DNA of 64,000 nt from Cetorhinus maximus (lineage: Eukaryota): the NCBI RefSeq assembly GCF_964194155.1, contig NC_135890.1, forward strand, positions 119,226,001 through 119,290,000, given 5' to 3'. Made by a program: the position numbers and the translations under genes. Positions 26,181 through 39,630 of this stretch are shown piece after piece. Within the stretch, counting starts at the first letter, position 1, and every line of letters starts with the position of its first letter. The notes under the pieces were generated by a model. It was not told where the DNA came from, ran no database searches, and worked only from the letters and a program-made list of their open reading frames with translations.

Positions 26181-27029
26181 TCATTTTACTTTGGTTCGCT
26201 TAAATTAACTTGATTTTATTTTGTCTTAAGTTAATAAACCGTACAACTATGGTAAACCTTACTAGTACTGATAAATCCGACTTATGGAACCGGACAGACC
26301 ACCCAGCAGCAACCTAGGCACCAGAAACGACAACGGCAAACTCAGCCCTGTCCACCCTACAAAGTCCTCTTTACTAACATCTGGGGACTAGTGCCAAAAT
26401 TGGGAGAGCTGTCTCACAGTGAGTCAAGTAACAGCCTGACATTGTCTGCAAGGTATATTTCCATGAGTATCGCTATGCCCTAGGCACCACCATCATCATC
26501 CCTGGGTAGGTCCTGTCCCATTGGCAGGACTGACCCTGGAGAGGTGGTGATATAGTGGTATACAGTTGGAAGGGAGTTGCCCTGGGAACCCTCAACATTG
26601 ACTCCAGACCCCAAGAAGTCTCATGGCATCAGGTCAAACATGGGCAAGGAAACCTCATGTTGATTACCATCTACTGCCCCCCCTGGCTGTGAATCAGTGC
26701 TCCTCCATGTTGAACACCACTTGGAGGAAGCAGTGAGGGCGCAGAATGTACTCTGGGTGTGGGACTTCAATGCCCATCACCAAGAGTGGCTTGGAAGCAC
26801 CACTACTGACCAAGCTGGCGGAGTCCTAAAGGACACAGCTGCTAGACTGGGTCTGCTGCAAGTGGTGAGGGAACCAACAAGAGGGAAAAATATACTTGGC
26901 CTCACCTTCACCAACCTGCCTGTCGCAGATGCATCTGTCCAGGACAGAATTGGTAGGAATGACAATTGCACAGTCCTTGTGAAGACGAAGTCCCGTCTTC
27001 ACACTGAGGATACCCTCCATCGTGTTGTG

Positions 27030-27235
27030 TTTTTAAAATTCATTTACGGGATGTGGGGTTTGCTGGCTTGGGCCAGCATTTATTGCCCATCCTAGTTTCC
27101 GTCGAGAAGGTGGTGGTGAGCTGCCTTCTTGAACCGCTGATGTCCATGTGGTGCAGGTACACCCACCCTGCTGTTAAGAAGGGGGTTCCAGGATTTTGGC
27201 CCAGCAGTAGTGAAGCAATGGCAATATATTTTCAT
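27030..27235 (-). mobile_element. 3' end of the same LINE family, inserted antisense into the LINE
   Basis: Reverse complement of the 30070-30265 tail. Host sequence rejoins as cgtgttgtg|gcactatcatcgtgct. Confidence 0.8.
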
Positions 27236-29114
27236 TTAGCACTATCATCGTGCTAAATGGGATAGATTTCGAAGACATCTGGGCAACCATGAGGCATTGT
27301 GGGCCATCAGCAGCAGAAGCAAGATTGTAATCTCATGGCCCACTCTACCATTACCACCAAGCCAGGGGATCAACCCTGGTTCAATGAAGACTGCAGGAGG
27401 GCATGCCAGGAGCAGCACCAGGCATACCTAAAAATGAGGTGTCAACCTGGTGAACCTATAAAACAGGACTACTTGCGTGCCAAACAGCATAAGCAGCAAA
27501 TGATAGACAGAGCTAAGCGATCCCACACCAACAGATCATATCTAAGCTCTGCGGTCCTGCCACATCCAATCATGAATGGCGGTGGACAATTCATGGGAGG
27601 AGGCGGCTCCACAAACCTCCCCATCCTCAATGATGGGGCAATCCAGCACATCAGTGCAAAAAATAAAACTGAAGCATTCAGAACAATCTTCAGCCAGAAG
27701 TGCCGAGTAGATGATCCATCTTGATGCCCTCCGGAGGTCCCCAGCATCACAGATGCCAGTCTTAGCCAATTCGATTCACTCCATGTGATACCAAGAAACA
27801 GCTGAAGGCACTGGATACTGAAAAGCCTATCGGCAGTAGTACTGAAGACCTGTGCTCCAGAACTCGCTGCGTCCCCAGCCGAGCTGTTCCAGTACAGCTA
27901 CAATACTAGCAATGTGGAAAATTGCCCAGGTATGTCCTGTACACAAAAAGCAGGACAAATCCAACTTGGCCAATTACCACCCCATCAATCTACTCTCCAT
28001 CATCAGTAAAGTGATGGAAGAGGTCATCAACAGTGCTGTCAAGCAGCACTTGCTTAGCAATAACCTGCTCACTGACACTCAGTTTGGGTTCTGCCAGGGC
28101 CATTCAGCTTCTGACCTCATTACAGCCTTGGTTCAAACATGGACAAAAGAGTTGAGCTCCAGAGGTGAGGCAAGTGTGACTGTCTTTGACATCAAGGCAG
28201 CCTTTGACCAAGTGTGGCATCAAGGAGCCCTAGCAAAACTGCAGTCAATGGGAATTAGAGAGAAAACTCTCCGCTGGTTGGAGTCATACCTAGCACAATG
28301 CAAGATGGTTGTGGTTGTTGGAGGTCAATCATCTCAGTTCCAGGACATCACTGCAGTAGTTGCCCAGAGTAATGTCCTAGGCCCAACCATCTTCAGCTGC
28401 TTCATCAATGACCTTCCTTCCATCATAAAGTCAGAAGTGGGGATGTTCGCTGATGATTGCACAATGTTCAGCACCATTTGTGACTCCTCGGATACTGAAG
28501 CAGTCCATGTCCGAATGCAGCAAGACCAAACAATATCCAGGTTTGACAAGTGGCAAGCAACATTCACACCGCACAAGTACCAGGCAATGACCATCTCCAA
28601 CAAGAGAGAATCTAACCATCGCTCCTTGACATTCAATGGCATTACCATCGCTGAATTCCCCACTATCTACATCCTGGGGGTTACACCATTGACCGGAAAC
28701 TGAACTGGACTAGCCATATAAATACTGTGGCTACCAAAGCAAGTCAGAGGCTAGGAATTCTGCAGCAAGTGACTCACAACCTGACTCCCCAAAGCCTCTC
28801 CACCAACTATCTACAAGGCACGTTAGGAATGTGATGGAATGCTCTCCACTTGCCTGGATGAATGAAGCTCCAACAACACTCAAGAAGCTTGACACCATCC
28901 AGGACAAAGCAGCCCACTTGACTGGCACCCCTTCCACAATCATTCACTCCCTCCACCACTGGCACATAGTGGCAGCAGTGTGCACCATCTACAAGAGGCA
29001 CTGCAAGAACTCAGCAAGCCTCCTTATACAGCACCTTCCAAACCCACGGCCACTACCATCTTGAAGGACAAGGGCAGCAGACACATGGGAACACCACCAT
29101 CTGGAAGTCCCCCT

Positions 29115-30040
29115 TGTTATGACTCACTGGAGATAGTGCGCTGCAATATCAAGCCCCAATGTTCCTCGAGCCGCGACAAATGTGAAAAGTTTGACCAAAC
29201 CACCAGATTGCCCTAATTCTACCTAACAGTTTAACTTAAGTTAACAGAATACGAGCACCAGGTTTGTGAACTTAATAAATAAATAACTTTTTATTGAACA
29301 AATTGTCTTTAATTAGTGGCAAAAGAAATATGAACTGTTAACTTCTAACATTATAGCTTAAACTCTACCCCCTTCTTAAATCCTTTTACACACACACACA
29401 CACGACACATAAGACACACAAAACGTGGATTTTAAGGATGGGATAAAACAGTTCAATAGCACCAGTTCCAGAGTACAGGATTCAGTGGGTTGATTTTGAT
29501 CGATGTCTTCCAAATTCCTTTCCGTTCTTATTGACGACACAAGGTGGTCTTCCAGCACTTTCAGTATTTAGTTCACTGGTTGAGCACTTGCCTTTCAATG
29601 TCTCTAACAGTGATTTTCCCCTTTGCCTCTTGACAGGGGTTTTCAGAGAGAGGGCAGGTTATGGAGATATGATAAGAAACACCAGCTGGTTATTATTGTG
29701 AAATTACTGGAATCTTCCACACACAAAGGAGAAAGAGGTTTTAGGGTCTTGTTCCTTTCAGGCTAGGAGCTATTCTGCTGCCCTGCTCTTCACACAAACC
29801 CAGGTCACCTGGTCAGGAGCCAATTAAATGCTGCTGTCAGGCAGCTCCCTTGATCCAGGGCTCCTTTCCGGCATCATCCTGTCTTTCATGGCACACTCTG
29901 TTCCACAACTGTAACACTGTATATATCTCTCATCCTGTTCCAGTAGACATGTCTTTCAACCTGCAACCATTGTATTTCTAATCCACAGTCCAACAGAAAG
30001 TTCTTTACAACAACAGAAATAAAAAGATATGTGCCTTACA
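29115..30040 (-). mobile_element. Solo LTR, 926 bp, TSD CCCT
   Basis: TGTTATGA...CCTTACA, with ccct at 29111-29114 and 30041-30044. Excision restores ggaagtccccctccaa (compare 50560-50575). Orientation is inferred from tttatt at ~29290. Confidence 0.85.
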
Positions 30041-31044
30041 CCCTCCAAACCACTCACCATCCTGACTTGGAAATATATTGCCATTCTTTCACTGTTGCTG
30101 GTTCAAAATCGTGGAACTCCCTCCCTAACAGCACTGTGGGTGTACCTAGACCACATGGACTGCAGCAGTTCAAGAAAGCAGCTCAGCTCCCCCTTCTGAA
30201 GGGTAATTAGGGTAGGGCAATAAATGCTGGCCTAGCCAGCAACGCCCACATCCCATGAATGAATAAAAAAAAACTTAACACACTTCAGCTATTTATAACT
30301 TTATGTTTTTCTAATTTCCAACTATTTCCACACTCTCCCCAAGACCAGCCAATCAACTTAGGGCTTTCCTGTGATGTCACTGTTCACATTTTTTCCCCAA
30401 ACTCAGCACGCTCCCAGACTCTCGGAATCTCCTTTCCCTGCTCCATGTATCTCCCACAGATCCACCTCTCTGCTCCTCTTCCTGAAGGTGACTGTATGGG
30501 AAAACTCAATAACAAGCAGCTCTTCCCAGCCGCTGGCTCAACAAGGCTTGCTTGCTGGAGCTGATAGCACTAGAACAGCACTTAATACATGGAGACTGAC
30601 TATAGTTTAATTGTAAACTTAAATTCCTCTTCCAAAACTGACCTGCAAAACAAAATATGAATGCAGCTTGCAAACAAGAGATGGCCAAGTGTCTTTTCTT
30701 TCAAGAATGCAAGTGATGCAGAGACAGAGGAGCAACTCAACAAAATTTACCTTTTAAATCAAGACACCTTGAATTCATTTCTTCTGTTTTATATTGAAAG
30801 CAGCACAACTGCAATATGATGTCAATGTTGTAATGTTAAGATATTCCATTAATGGTCATTATCCAGAAAATTATCTTCACAAACATTTTCACATAATCAA
30901 AACTTTCCATTTTAATACTTGCAAAGAGGATTTAGTTTCCTCAGAGTTAATGTGCCTTTTCTTAAAAGAATAATTTAATATCATTGAGCTTATGAAAGGA
31001 CAGCGCACCTTTCAGTTTATTGGGGAAACTAAAATAAAACTTCG

Positions 31045-31810
31045 AGGAGCATAGAAATAGGAGGCGGCCATTTAGTCCGTCAGGCCTGTTCTGCCATTCA
31101 ATGAGATCATGGCTGATCTGTGATAGAACTCCATATACCCACCTTTGCCCCATATCCCTTAATACCTCTGGCTAACAAAAATCTATCAATAAATCTCAGA
31201 TTTAAAATTAAGCATCAATTGCCATTATGGAAGAGAGTTCCAAACTTTTATCACTGTTAGTGCAGGGTTGTTTCCTAATCCCATTCCTGAAAGGTCTGGC
31301 TCTACTTTATTTAGATTTTGCCCCCTAGTCCCAAACTAGTGTAAATAGTTTCTCCTTATTCATTCCCCTTAATATCTTAAAAATTAGATTAAATCGCCCC
31401 ATAATCTTCCACATTCAAGGGTTTACAATGCTAGTTTGTATAAATATCCATGTAATGTAACCCATAAAGTTCAGGGATCATTCTGGTAAACCTACGTGCA
31501 CTCCCCCCTTTGTGAATGTATTCTTCTTAAAGTGCGGTGCCGTGAACTGCTCACAGTAATTCAGGTGTGGTCTGAACAGTCTCTGTATAGCTGAAGCATT
31601 ACATCTACCCCTTGTATTTTTTCCTAAATATAAAGGCCACCACCATTAGCCATTTTGATTATTTTCTCCACCTGTTCATGACATTTTAATCATCTGTCTA
31701 TCTGGACCCAAAGTCTCCTTGGACCTCCATTGTTTCTAGCTTTTCACTGTTTAGAAAGTGCTCTGTTCTGTGCTTTTACGGTCCGTGTCCATTCACTTAA
31801 TCTATCACCT
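31045..31810 (-). mobile_element. Older CR1 3' fragment
   Basis: Tail catagaaataggaggcggccatttag; degenerate co-linearity with the other CR1 copies. Confidence 0.8.
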
Positions 31811-32469
31811 GCACACAGGTGGTTGTTATGGACCTCTGCACGCGTGGTAACGTGGGTGACTGAAGTAGAATCAATGGATCCAAACAGATGACTAAATGAT
31901 AGAAGTATAGATAATACATCTTTATATTCTGTAAGCCAATTCAGGACACTGGCTTACTACATGTAAAGAATGATACAGCTGTCTTACTGTTTGCAAATCT
32001 AACTAGACACAATTTTACTTTTCACCCAAGACAGGTGATGGTGTGTATAATGTGTATCCAACCTGAGGCCTGAGAACCACATGTTGTCCCTAATCTGAAA
32101 ACTCAGCATCTTAAATTAAGGTAACTTAGTTTTATTTGAGCTTATGGTCAGTTCAAGTAACTACTTTATGGCGTTGATTCGCGAAAAACACCTTTGTAAA
32201 TAGGACAGTTTAGAAGTCATCTCATCCATTTACTGGACCACTATGATAACAATTGCAGTATTATACTGTACTAAAATATTCAGATTGACAAAAACTCGAC
32301 CACGTGGACAAATCTCCCTTGCAGTGGCGACACAGTAGTTCAGCACAGAACTGCTCACACACTGGTTCTCATCCACAATACTTCATACAGTGAGCTGGTC
32401 AACATAAACATGCTGCTTTGGAAAGGAGCTATGTCAATGTGACTGCCAAGCAATTCCCTTTTTGGCCTT

Positions 32470-32638
32470 GAAACCTAGTTTGAGGCTTGTGTTAAGGCTA
32501 CTGTGTAATAGGCTATAAAAAGCTATAGAGAAGTGACCTAGGAGGAAAGCAGGCAGATCAATCGTCTTGTGTCAGTGTTCTATGGCTTTTTATAGTTGAT
32601 TGCACAGTAGTCTTAACAGAAACCTTAAACTAGGTTTC
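32470..32638. repeat. Inverted repeat with ~68-bp arms (hairpin or MITE relic)
   Basis: Left arm gaaacctagtttgaggcttgtgttaaggctactgtg...; reverse complement of right arm gaaacctagtttaaggtttctgttaagactactgtg...; about 80% identical. Confidence 0.85.
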
Positions 32639-33306
32639 TAGCTCAGCTATGTAGAACTGGAAGACTGAATAAAGTCACAAAGGCTTTATTCTTTGGCCTC
32701 CAATTTCACCTTTTCTATCTGTATTGAAAAATATCTTTTGCAGATTCAGAGCAGCAAGTGCATTTCTACTCCTAATTGTGCACGGAAATTGAGTTTAGTT
32801 ACAGTGAGGCATCAAAAAAGTACTAAACATAAAACTAATCTCTGAGTGGTATAGAGAGGAACTAAGCAGTATGTTGTACAGATCACCATGGCAGCATCCA
32901 GATGAAAAAGCCAAAAACAAACTCAAAGAACAATGAAGTGAGAGTTCATGGGATTCTGGATGACATAACAATGTCAGAAGCCAGAGCATGTTTTTTAACA
33001 AATCACATGCAAAGTGCAGAACTGCATGAAGACAACCAGAAGTGTCGGTTACAATTGCAGTAAATAGGGGACTGTGGGGAATAGGGGCATTAAAACTTCA
33101 GCAGTGGATGAGTTTGAAAGGTATTTTGGCAAGACAGTTGGTGAAACCTGTATTCTACAGTGAGAGAATCCGATTTTAACTGTTCTTAAAGGAGTATATG
33201 CAATGAATTATGACAGGAGACAGATTAAGAAACTGTAATTTAGTTGCTGGAAATGCAAATTGATTTATTGCAATGATTTTAGGTTCTCTCTGGTCATCCA
33301 CAATGC

Positions 33307-33509
33307 TCAGAAAAGGGTGTCTGTGATTTCCTGCCAGATCACTGTCAATGTCACTAAATTATACATGGCAGTAACACAAGTTGACTTGTACTCCAATTTC
33401 CCTTCCACCACAATCTCTGCTGAGAAAAATAGACCCAACAAAATTTGTTCTAACATCGTCATTTTTCCCCAGATTTTGGTGATCAAGCAACTCTCATCTG
33501 TTACGATGC
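33307..33509 (-). CDS. Candidate terminal exon (phase 1: GIVTDESCLITK...EITDTLF*; phase 2: HRNR*)
   Basis: Acceptor tttacattattggcctccacAG|; about 67 open codons; AATAAA on the minus strand at ~33264-33269. Confidence 0.3.
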
Positions 33510-33602
33510 CTGTGGAGGCCAATAATGTAAATGAACTGAACTTCCCAAATGACCCCAACAGAAGAAACCAATGGGCAAGATTCCACTTTTTAGAATTTTT
33601 AC

Positions 33603-34250
33603 TGTAACAAACAAAAATCAACTTAAATTTAGCATGAATTAATAGGCAAATTGTATCCAATAGAAACCATAAACTTTACTTTAAATAGTAAATATAACAA
33701 GATAGATCACACAAATTTCTTAATTAATCCTTTCAGCACATATAGCATTAATCTCAGCCAGAGGAGAGGGTTCCTCAAAATTCGGTCTTCCACAGGTAGA
33801 GTTTCAGTCCCTTTATTTATGCAGGAGTTAGGCACCCAACACCGGCTTTACTCCACCTGAATTCCACAGGTGGAATTTCCACCAAAAGACACACTTCTCC
33901 AGCTCCGTCCCAGCTCTGCACACAGAACCAGCCTTTTTGGTCTTCTTTTCCAGTTGTACCACAACTTTCTTCCTTAGCTGTCTCAAACACTACTCTCCAC
34001 AGCCTGTCTGTAACTGTTCTGACCACTGGCTGAAAATTCACATCTCAGCTTCATGCTTTTAGCCCCCAGTCAGCTTCCACAGACTGATTTCTCAGAAATC
34101 TGATGTCCCGGCCCAGAATCAAACGTTCCAAAATTTTCCAAAGACCTGGAGTTTTGGTTTCTTTTTCAGGTAGGGATGTCTCAAAAAATACACTTTCAAA
34201 CCAGTCAGTGCAAACAGCTTTCAACTACAGACTTCATCAGACATCTTACA
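33603..34250. mobile_element. Possible old solo LTR
   Basis: TGTAAC...CTTACA termini and LTR-like composition. No TSD match. Confidence 0.35.
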
Positions 34251-36139
34251 AAGGGATTTATGCTATCTTCAGGTAACACCCTGACCCAAAATATTGCAGA
34301 CAGAAACATACTAAGACAATTGTTTCCCTATTGCCCTCCCTGACAAGTTGCTTACTTTCATACTTTGTTTCCCAGCTAGACCAGAAAGAATTGTATCTGA
34401 AACTATTACCAACATTTCTTCTCTGACTGAATGTTAAGAGGAACAGCTCAAGCAAAGCCTGCCCTGTGTTATGCATGTTTTCTGCTGGGGTAAATGGTTG
34501 AAACTTCTCAATGTAAAGAGGGATGTAAAAAAATTACCTGTTCCTAATTGCAACAGTCTACAATGCTCTAGCAAGTCAAGGAGGGTGCATAACAGATTGG
34601 ACACAGAACCAAAAGTCAATATCAACCAATTGCATGCAACTTCTTTTCAAGCAGCTAAGTCAAATTTGTAATTGACAGAAGACTGGGTGTACCCAGTTGG
34701 CACAGCAGAACGGAAAGAAGGTTGCAGAAGAACTGCAGTAAATGGGGGGACAGTCAAGGAGATGAGAACAGTTTAGCTATTGGAAATATTGCATGGCTCT
34801 CAGAATTTTGATCACTCACTTCCTCAGTAGGACAATGCACTATTAATGGCAACATTCAGTAGCTTATTTTTAATCCCTTTTCCTACAATAAGAAATTTAT
34901 TTACAATAATTTCTCATTGTCTCTACGGCACTCAAGGCATCATCCACTTTTTTTCTGTGCTTCCATAAAATAAGCTGCATTGTTTAGTGTTATACATAGC
35001 ACTTCAATTCCTTTGCTCAGAGGGCAGTTTAACTGAGGCTTCATAGATGACAACTATTTGTTTCAGCTTCTGATAACCCAACTTGCATTGTTGTTGAATC
35101 ACAGAAATGGGCTGCTCTTTCTTGCATGACACATAACTTCTATTGATCTCATAAATAACTGGCTTCCGAAACTGCGTGGCAAAGCTGGTTAAAAAAATCA
35201 TGTTGTTGCCTTTACAACAGTGACACTTCCTTCCGACTGGGAAGCCTTTTTAAAAAAACTAATTATTGAAATTATCTTTCCCTTGTGGTGTGACCACAAG
35301 TAACTGAGGCAAACAAGTGTTTTGAGGACACCAGTCCTCAAGAATTCACCCTAGCTACTGGGGTCATCTTGATGTTATCAGAATCACGATAAAGTCAGTC
35401 AAATGAGAAGTCAACCAGAAACCAAATCAATTATTCTTCACTTAATGATTTCAGTTAGCTTGGGACCAAGGGGTGGGAAGGGGCATGTGAGAGAACTAAA
35501 GTAAAAATATTAATTTCAAAGCTTCTTCACCGGCCTTTAAAAGGGATCTTTCAGAGCTGATTCCGATGTTTAGTTGGCTTTAGTCAAAAGGCTACAGCTA
35601 CAGTTTGTTGTCCTGGCATTAATGGGGTAATGCAAGTCTGCTATACATAGTAAGTAATTGTAAACATCAATTAATCTAACAAAAACTTGATTGGTCTGCA
35701 AAGCAAAAGTATATCCATGTAGACAACTTCCTCAATCCATGAGATTTTTTGGCTCATTTTCTTTCCTCCCCCTTCCTTAAGGATAAGTTCCTCGTTGGGT
35801 TCCATGGTCACTGGGTAATTCTTGATACCAGGCCCAAATTACCACTATATGTGAAACTGGATGCAGTCAGCTATTAAAGAACCAGGGGCATGGAAACAGA
35901 GATCACAGGCAGGCACAATCCGTCTCATCCCATGAACATAGACATGCTCTTCCAGCAAGTTAATAGATAGCAATCAGGGGCAAGAAACATCCCTAACACA
36001 GGGACACAGAGGTGAACTGTAATGCCTCCATTGGTGCACCAGGAAACATCAAGAAACTCAACATAGAACACATTGAATCTGGCACTATTCTGTCTCTCTG
36101 GCTCAACTATTCACTGAATAAATTTGCTGCATCAGGAAC

Positions 36140-36400
36140 AGAGGAGGCTGAGGGGAGATTTAATTGAGGCGTTTAATATTATGAGGACACTGGATAGAGT
36201 GGAAGGGAGGGACGTATTACTCTTTGCAGAGAAGTCAATAGCCAGGCAGCATAGATTTAAAATAATTTACAGGAGGATTTAAAGGGGAGTTGCTACAGGG
36301 TTACGGACCAATAACTGCAAAGTGGGATTAGGCTGGATAGCTCTTTTTGGCTGGCAGAGACACAATGGACCAAATGGCCTCCTGTATTGTAAACTCCTGA
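36140..36400 (+). mobile_element. CR1 3' fragment
   Basis: agaggaggctgaggggagatttaattgagg...ggaccaaatggcctcctgt. Confidence 0.7.
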
Positions 36401-38915
36401 GATTCCAGGGCGGTTGTGAGAGGTGGGGGGGATAGTGTGGTTTGGAGGGGGCAGCTTTGATTGATTTAATAATGTTGGAATAAAATTATTTCAGATCCCA
36501 ATTTAATTTTTTAGGGTCCCTTTTATTTTCTCTCCTTGAGCGAGAAATATGATATTCTGTGCCCAGGCTTCTCCCAGTGATGTGTCAACCTATCAAGCAG
36601 ATACATGCAAGTGGTCTCAGCACAGAAGAATGGAAGAACCTATTACATTTTCTCCCCCACCCACCTCATGGGAAGGCATCATGAATCTGTTCAACTGTTC
36701 TTGATACCCACTTCCCAAACAACAGAACAACTAACACGATAGGAAGTAATTGGCATTAACCCACCTCCCATTACTCCACAGTGTATTGCAGGAGCAGCTG
36801 TACATCATCGAAGTTAGATCCAGCGCAATATAAAGCAATCCTCAAATTCTAATAAAACCAAACCACATTCTGCAGTTGTATCTATAGTGGAAAATCTAAT
36901 AATTCTGTGCTGCCAGTTACTGGGACATGTACGACCATAATAGACTTGCTTATGCTTCATTTACTTCCCCTATTAGCTGAATCACTTAAGAAGTGCAATC
37001 TCCTTCTAAAACAGTGCAGCCAAAGCCATTACTCCAAACTAGTGTGTAGTATTGGTGAAAAGACAAGCATTTATGTTACCTATGAGGTATCCAACAGAGT
37101 TGTGCTTTATTAAACTGGTGTACAGTTTCAGCTGCCTGTAAAGAAAGTCAGTGAACATATTCAAAAACAATCAAAATTATTCCCCATGAGGACGGCTGGA
37201 AACAACATTGAATGAACCTTAAATCTGAGAGACAGAAAATACATGTCAATCCCACCATCTTGAAAAAATTCTTGGATCAATCAAAAAACTCTCTAGGAGG
37301 CCTTCAAGGTAGAAGCTCTGTTGTGTATCTCTGCAACTAGATTTTTCAACAAAATTCACCTTAAGAGATTACACAGAAATGAAAAAATGGTGTCAGAATA
37401 GCACTCTCCCCACCTACTTTTCACTATTCCCTCTATTGCAATCATTTTCAGCCAAGATATTCAAAGTATTGCTAGAACTTCCACAATGTTTTCCTAGCTT
37501 TGCAAGTCTATCTCTCTCAATAAAATATAAACTTCTAGTGGCTCCAGAGAAATCAAATTCATATTGAAAATGGAGTCACTTCAAGATCAACTCCCAAATC
37601 ACTACTGCTCAATAACTGCAATACATCCAGTTTCATCTTTGCTCCAAAATTCTTCTCCCCCCATCTATCCCTTTCTTGCAGTTTTCTGGTCTCTCAGTTC
37701 TAGCTCTGATATCAATGATCAAATCATCTGGCAATGGAGGCTGTGTCGTCAAAGCACCTCTACCTCTCCAAGGCTGAACCAAAACTTCCTTTGCAAACCT
37801 ATGTTATCTAGACCACGATTCCACCACTGAAAACCAAGCCATCATATCCCAGATAGATAACCATCAGTAGTTCTGGTCTACACTTGAAACGTTAACTTGT
37901 TAGGTCACATTACAAATGTTTCCAGCATTTTCTGTTTCAGATTTCTATATTTCTAGTATTTTGCGTTATTGATAACACCTCTTCCAGAAATCTCCATCCA
38001 CAAAGCTTCCAGTCTCATTATTCCCCAAAGCCACACAGCCCACTCCTAACTCCTTTACAATTTCTGCCCCTTCCATCAGATACACAACCAAGACTATTTC
38101 AGCCTATTCCACTCTAACGGAATTAGTTTCTTCTGACCTAGGCTGAATTAATTCCCTCTCGTCAAGCCCCATCCATCTGTATCTGTGAATCAAATGATGC
38201 TTTCCATCATTTAAATTATTTTAGACTTTCTGGTCTCCACTGTATCCTTTTCACTATGGATACCCAGTTCTCTCTACACTTCTATCCCTCATTAGGCCAG
38301 GTTCTCTCTTCTTGTCTGAACAGTGGCCCAGCCAGTCCCAACCCACCGCCTTACTCCGACCTGCATTAACTCGCTGTCACGTTGAAAAAGTTCCTTTAAC
38401 TTCCATTCGCTTCCTCCAGGAAAAAGGTGTTGCTCTGGGAACTCATGGGTTCAAGTTATGTCTGCTCAGACATAAAAAACAGTCTCTGTTCCAATCCTGC
38501 TCAGGTCTTCATACTTTTCCTCCTTTATAATGACAATTGTATTGGCACTGCTTTTTGCTTTGGCTCTGATTAAGAAGTTCATTAACTACACTTCCAATTC
38601 ACACCCATTTTTCACCTTTACAGAGACTATCCTTGACTCTTGCCTTCCTGGGCTTGCCTGTATCCTTTACATTAATCCTGGTGTTCTTATAAGCAGTCCT
38701 GTTATAGGTGCCATCTTTCAGATGAGACATTAAACAAGGTCTCATCTGCTGGCTAAGGTGAATACAAAATATTTCATAGCAATATTTCAAAGAGGAGCAG
38801 GGGAGAACTGGCCAATATTACTCCTTCAAACAACATCACAAAAACAGATTATTTGACGATTCTCAGGTTGCTGTTTGTGGGAGCTTGCTGTGTGCAAACT
38901 GGCTGTAGTGTTGCC

Positions 38916-39630
38916 TCCTCCTTAGGCAGTCCCTCAGGATCAAGGACGGCATTCTTCTATTCTGGTTCGATGAGTTCTGAGATGGCTGATAAATCCAATG
39001 TGTCATCTGTACACTCTGCCATGTGTGGGCAAGTGATGCTTGGAGGGTCAGGTAGATGAGTTGTTAGGAGGCTTGTGGTTCTCTCCAATGCCTCAACTTT
39101 GCCTCTGTGTGTTCCTGACAAAGTCTCTCGATGTATTTGGTGCCTTCTCGAATAGGACTTCTCCATTTTGGTCTGTCACAAGCCAGGGAGTTCCACGAGT
39201 TGGCAGGAATGTCTGATCTCTTTAGGGGTGCTTTGAGGACATTACTAAAGTGTTTCTGTTGTCTTCCTGGGAGTGTCCCGCTGTAACAAAGTTCAAGAGT
39301 AGAGTAGCTACTTCATGAGTCTGCTGTCAGGCATACAAACAACGTCTGCCCAGCAGGGCTTGGTTTTGAGTGATTAGCGCCTCGATGCTGGGCACATTGG
39401 CTTGGGAGAGGACGCTACTGTTGGACCGCCTTTCTTGGCGCTGGATCTAAAGGATTTTGCGAAGGCACCACTGTTGGTGCTTCTCCAATGCTTTGAGGTG
39501 CCTTATGTAAGTTTCCTGAGTTTCCAAAGCGTATAGGAGCTTGGATATCACTGCTGTCTGGAAAACTATGCCTTAGTCTAGGGTTTGAGATCCTGATTTT
39601 CAAATGCTCTTTTCCACAGTCGGCTGAAGG
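38916..39630 (-). mobile_element. RTE-clade LINE, 3' (non-inverted) segment
   Basis: Minus strand reads FSRLW...VISKLLYA...RHLKALEKHQQWCLRKIL...VLSQANVPSIEAL. Tail GAGGGACTGCCTAAGGAGGAGG. Confidence 0.8.

Larger units (their letters stand above)
26283..30270 (+). mobile_element. Near-full-length degenerate LINE (APE endonuclease plus RT; CR1/L2 supergroup, distinct from the CR1 copies)
   Basis: LLTNIWGL, WDFNAHHQEWLG, EPTRGKNIL, QFGFCQGHS, FDIKAAFDQVWH, FINDLP, MFADD, MECSPLAW. Tail ...cccacatcccatgaatgaataaaaaaaaa. No separate ORF1 is visible. Confidence 0.9.

Noticed and set aside
33530-33590. THAP-like peptide FPNDPNRRNQWARF on the plus strand
   Set aside because: No CxxxxC or CxxHF motifs nearby; likely chance.
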